Of a DNA stretch of 64,000 nt, positions 63,332 through 64,000 are shown piece after piece. Under the pieces are notes generated by a model, which was given only the letters and a program-made list of their open reading frames with translations, made no database searches and had not been told where the DNA came from. The position numbers were made by a program, and so were the translations under genes. This DNA comes from an uncultured Candidatus Rokubacteria bacterium (GTDB lineage Bacteria; Methylomirabilota; Methylomirabilia; Rokubacteriales; CSP1-6): the NCBI GenBank assembly GCA_963789955.1, contig CAWBMV010000037.1:224001-288000 (forward strand). The letters run 5' to 3'. How positions within the stretch are numbered: the first letter of the stretch is position 1; every line of letters starts with the position of its first letter.

Positions 63332-64000
63332 GTGAGACGCCCGCACGACGAGCGCGGATTCGCGCTGCTGGTGGTCCTGCTCGTGCTGGCGCTGATCGCC
63401 GTGGTCGGCGCCGAGTTCTCGTACTCGATGCGGCTCGAGGCCTCGGCGGTACGCGCCTACAAGAACGGGATCATCGGCAATCATCTCGCCGAGACGGCGC
63501 TCGAGCAGGCGATCCGCGAGATCGTGGCCGACGCGCCGCTCGTCGCCGAGGACGACGACGGTCTCCTCACGTTCTATACGCGTCGATCGGCGCGCACTGC
63601 CGCGGCTGCGCCGCGCGAAGGCCGAGCTGCTCGGCGGCCAGTACTCGTACCGCATCGCCGACGAGGAGGCTCTCCTCAACATCAACACGTCGGCGCCCGA
63701 CCGCATCGACCGCCTGCTCGCGACGCTCGGGATCGACAAGGAAGTCCGCGACATGATCGGCGACTCGATCCAGGACTGGCGCGATCCGAACGACGAGCAC
63801 CGCGCCAACGGCGCCGAGAGCGACGACTACTACTTGAAGCTGCCGATACCGTATCGGGCGCACAACGCGAACCTCGAGTCGATCACCGAGCTCCTGCAGA
63901 TCAAGGGGGTCACGCCGGCCATCTACAACGGCAGCAAGGACCATCCGGGGCTGGCCAGTCTCGTCACCGTTCGCAGCACGGGCACCGTGAACATGAACAC
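63332..64000 (+). CDS. gspK: GspK-like pseudopilin, frameshift near 63585, runs off the window
   Basis: RG/FALLVVLLVL (no Glu5), DEEALLNINT, DSIQDWRD, GAESDDYY and ELLQIKGVT. Confidence 0.85.
   Translation, partial: MRRPHDERGFALLVVLLVLALIAVVGAEFSYSMRLEASAVRAYKNGIIGNHLAETALEQAIREIVADAPLVAEDDDGLLTFYTRRSARTAAAAPREGRAARRPVLVPHRRRGGSPQHQHVGARPHRPPARDARDRQGSPRHDRRLDPGLARSERRAPRQRRRERRLLLEAADTVSGAQREPRVDHRAPADQGGHAGHLQRQQGPSGAGQSRHRSQHGHREHEH

Overview
High-GC (visually ~70%) bacterial chromosomal segment from a diderm organism. Gene content and style suggest Candidatus Rokubacteria/Methylomirabilota, but this is inference only. About 25 genes are split by single-base frameshifts, including normally essential ones (argS, ftsH), so this is most likely an unpolished long-read assembly and many coordinates join several ORF fragments. 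Left to right: (1) a minus-strand lipid/polyketide-like cluster (papain-triad lipoprotein, KS, CLF-like, ACP, KS, CLF-like, GT2, MacB/LolCDE-type ABC exporter, exported protein, ArnT-like GT-C); (2) pyrD, a DnaA-box-like cluster and a small basic protein; (3) a housekeeping run argS-SPOR-hpt-ftsH-folP-glmM-acpS-lipoprotein-nnr-tsaE-radC; (4) a HisKA_3/NarL two-component pair facing a TonB-dependent receptor; (5) a ~12.5 kb corrinoid uptake/salvage/remodelling operon with two cobalamin riboswitches in series (cobU cobT btuFCD | btuB cbiZ tonB, ChuX/HutX-like orphan, outer-membrane barrel, cobQ cbiB), plus a detached cobS-cobC pair; (6) signalling genes including two paralogous HTH-REC modules and a truncated kinase; (7) ggt, pckG, an acyl-CoA carboxylase beta subunit, an ECF sigma factor apparently fused to a TM helix and exported domain, aroQ and a ZIP transporter; (8) the start of a type II secretion locus gspEFGHIJK with a perfect 45-bp inverted repeat between gspF and gspG. 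No rRNA, tRNA, CRISPR array or transposase was seen. The best candidates for novelty are the double KS/CLF envelope-lipid cluster, the B12-regulated ChuX/HutX-like protein, the membrane-tethered ECF sigma factor and the codon-usage 'halo' around the palindromic element.
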